NCBI GenBank assembly: GCA_035701185.1
Contig: DASSNX010000169.1
Coordinates: 1,138-65,137, forward strand
DNA: 64,000 nucleotides
Direction of reading: 5' to 3'
Origin: Candidatus Limnocylindria bacterium
GTDB lineage: Bacteria > Chloroflexota > Limnocylindria > QHBO01
In this document: piece after piece, positions 62,156-64,000 of the stretch
How the letters are laid out: each line of letters starts with the position of its first letter
Position numbering within the stretch: position 1 is the stretch's first letter
Notes under the pieces: generated by a model
Database searches by the model: none
What the model was told of the DNA's origin: nothing
Seen by the model: the letters and a program-made list of their open reading frames with translations, nothing else
Translations under genes and position numbers: made by a program

Positions 62156-62479
62156 TCAGATCGGCCTCGGCGCCAGGTACGTCCCGCCAGTCCCGTACCG
62201 CAGGAACGCGTCGACCACGACACCCAGGATCACGGCACCGATCAGCGCCGGCACGAGGTACAGCCCCTCCATGACCGGGCCCCAGGTGCTGAGTGATCCG
62301 AAGGCCTCGCTGCCGAGCCAGCCACCAACGAGGGCCGCGACGCCGGTGAAGATCCACTCGGTGCCGAACCCGGTGCGGCCAATGACCTGCAAGATGGCGG
62401 CGATGACGAGCGCGCCGGCGATCAGCACGATGGCCTCGCCCCAGTTCATGCCGACTTCCCATCCAAACAGGTTGAGCAT
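62156..62479 (-). CDS. GlsB/YeaQ/YmgE family (transglycosylase-associated) small membrane protein
   Basis: Two-to-three TM helices with Gly-rich motifs typical of PF04226; GGAGGTG SD before ATG 62479. Confidence 0.75.
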   Translation of the reverse strand: MLNLFGWEVGMNWGEAIVLIAGALVIAAILQVIGRTGFGTEWIFTGVAALVGGWLGSEAFGSLSTWGPVMEGLYLVPALIGAVILGVVVDAFLRYGTGGTYLAPRPI

Positions 62480-62620
62480 TGCTGCCCACCTCCTTCGTGC
62501 TTGTCAGCCCACGATCAGCCTGTTACCTGGCGCGTCGGGGTCACAAGGGCTATCGGTCCCTTGAGGCCGTGACATCCAGCCCATCCGACCCCGGACGCGG
62601 CGCGCCTAGACTCGATCCCG

Positions 62621-63898
62621 ATGCACATCGTCCAGGCCGATGAGGCCGTCGCCGGCATCCGCTCCGGCGACCAGGTCTTCCTGCACGGGGGCGCTGCCGT
62701 CCCGTCCCTGCTGCTCGATGCCCTGGTCGCGCGCGCCCGCGATCTCCGCGACGTGGGGCTCATTCACTTCCACGCCAACGGGCCCGGGCCGCACCTGGCA
62801 CCCGAGATGGCGGGGCATTTCCGGCATCGCGCGCTGTTCATCGGGCCCAACGCTCGCGAGGCGGTGAACGATGGACGCGCCGACTACGTTCCGGTCTTCC
62901 TGTCGGACGTCCCCGAGCTGTTCCTGACCGGGGTCCTGCCGCTGGACGTGGCCCTCATCAACGTGACGCGGCCGGACGCGCACGGCTTCTGCTCGCTCGG
63001 CACGTCGGTGGACGCGGCGCTCTCCGCCATCCGCTCGGCGAAGACGGTGGTCGCCCAGCTGAACGCGGCGGTGCCGCGGACGCTTGGCGACAGCTTCGTG
63101 CATGTCTCCGACATCGACCTCGCCGTGGAGGTGGACCAGCCGCCGTACGAGCACGACGACCCGCCCATCGGCGACGTGGAGCGGCGGATCGGCGAGTACG
63201 TGGCCGAGCTGGTGCCGGACGAGGCGACCATCCAGATGGGCATCGGCTCCATCCCGGCCGCCGTCGGCCTGGCGCTGCGCGACAAGCGTGACCTCGGCGC
63301 GCACACCGAGATGTTCACCGACGTCGTGCTCGACCTGGTGGAAGCCGGCGCCCTGACCGGAGCGGCCAAGGAGATCAACCGCGGCAAGATCGTCTCGACC
63401 TTCATGATGGGCAGCCGGCGGCTGTACGACTTCGTGAACGACAACCCCATGGTCGAGATGCGGCCGGTCGATTACACCAACGACACCGCCGTGATCCGCC
63501 GCTTCCGGCGGATGACCGCCATCAACTCGGCCCTCTCGGTGGACCTCACCGGCCAGGTGTCGGCCGACTCGATCGGCACCCGGTTCTACTCAGGGGTCGG
63601 CGGGCAGATGGACTTCATGCGCGGCGCGGCGCTGGCGCCGGAGGGGCGCGCGATCATCGCGCTGCCCTCGACCGCCGCCGGCGGCAGCGTCTCCCGCATC
63701 TGCGGTGTGCTGCCCGAGGGCGCCGGGGTGGTCACCAGCCGCGCGCACGTGCGCACCGTCGTGACCGAGTACGGCGTCGCCGAGCTGTTCGGCCGGAGCG
63801 TGCGCGAGCGGGCGCACGCCCTCATCGGCATCGCACACCCGGACTTCCGCGACGAGCTGCTGCACCAGGCCCGCACCCGCTACCACCTCGACGCCTGA
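62621..63898 (+). CDS. Acetyl-CoA hydrolase/transferase family protein (4-hydroxybutyrate/succinyl-CoA:acetate CoA-transferase-like)
   Basis: About 425 aa with the conserved C-terminal GGQMDF CoA-transferase signature. Confidence 0.85.
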   Translation: MHIVQADEAVAGIRSGDQVFLHGGAAVPSLLLDALVARARDLRDVGLIHFHANGPGPHLAPEMAGHFRHRALFIGPNAREAVNDGRADYVPVFLSDVPELFLTGVLPLDVALINVTRPDAHGFCSLGTSVDAALSAIRSAKTVVAQLNAAVPRTLGDSFVHVSDIDLAVEVDQPPYEHDDPPIGDVERRIGEYVAELVPDEATIQMGIGSIPAAVGLALRDKRDLGAHTEMFTDVVLDLVEAGALTGAAKEINRGKIVSTFMMGSRRLYDFVNDNPMVEMRPVDYTNDTAVIRRFRRMTAINSALSVDLTGQVSADSIGTRFYSGVGGQMDFMRGAALAPEGRAIIALPSTAAGGSVSRICGVLPEGAGVVTSRAHVRTVVTEYGVAELFGRSVRERAHALIGIAHPDFRDELLHQARTRYHLDA

Positions 63899-64000
63899 GC
63901 CGATGACGCCGCCGCTCACGGCGGTCCGGATGGCCCGCCAGCTCGGTGCCAACGGCACCTGTTGGGCGCCACAACCGAACCTACGATCCAGTCATGAGCT

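Overview
This is a high-GC (about 70%) chromosomal segment, probably from an Actinobacteria- or Chloroflexi-like organism, with dense coding, frequent ATGA/GTGA start-stop overlaps and GTG/TTG starts. Most of the window is housekeeping. Left end: divergent HDAC-family gene and Crp/Fnr regulator, a VOC/F420-reductase pair, hmgA, Hsp20, SixA/NUDIX, an Ada-Zn/Ogt fusion, an FG-GAP secreted protein, a SAM methyltransferase coupled to fabI, and a LOG-family gene. Middle and right: a DUF885 protein and a cyclophilin lipoprotein, tRNA-Arg, dgt, dagK, acyP, holB, the livKHMGF transporter, hpt, rsmG, trkA x2, moxR/DUF58/DUF4129, then a heat-shock block (hsp20-hspR-lon, dnaJ-like-clpB), a tandem UspA, GNATs and a CoA-transferase. 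Two accessory regions stand out. (1) At 13.4-16.4 kb there are two SipW-type (archaeal/eukaryal-type S26B) signal peptidases flanking a secreted protein with a TasA/camelysin-like SipW-cognate signal. The second peptidase is fused to an RTX GGxGxD calcium-binding repeat block and a Pro/Thr linker. This is a candidate dedicated secretion/fibre system and I do not recognise the fusion as described. (2) Next to it, a ~4.6 kb low-GC island (16389-20949) is integrated at tRNA-Asp and bounded by a perfect 29-bp direct repeat of the tRNA 3' end. It carries a secreted S8 subtilisin-like peptidase with a coupled membrane protein, an orphan ORF, and remnants of a DNA methyltransferase and a serine recombinase. 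Other notable items: a 24-aa hydrophobic peptide gene with a perfect SD and its own terminator (type I toxin-like), and beside it a promoter-to-terminator sRNA candidate; a cluster of four DnaA boxes upstream of rsmG; a HAIR-like inverted repeat over the hsp20-hspR-lon promoter; and tandem 16-bp repeats between livK and livH. No CRISPR array or rRNA was seen.
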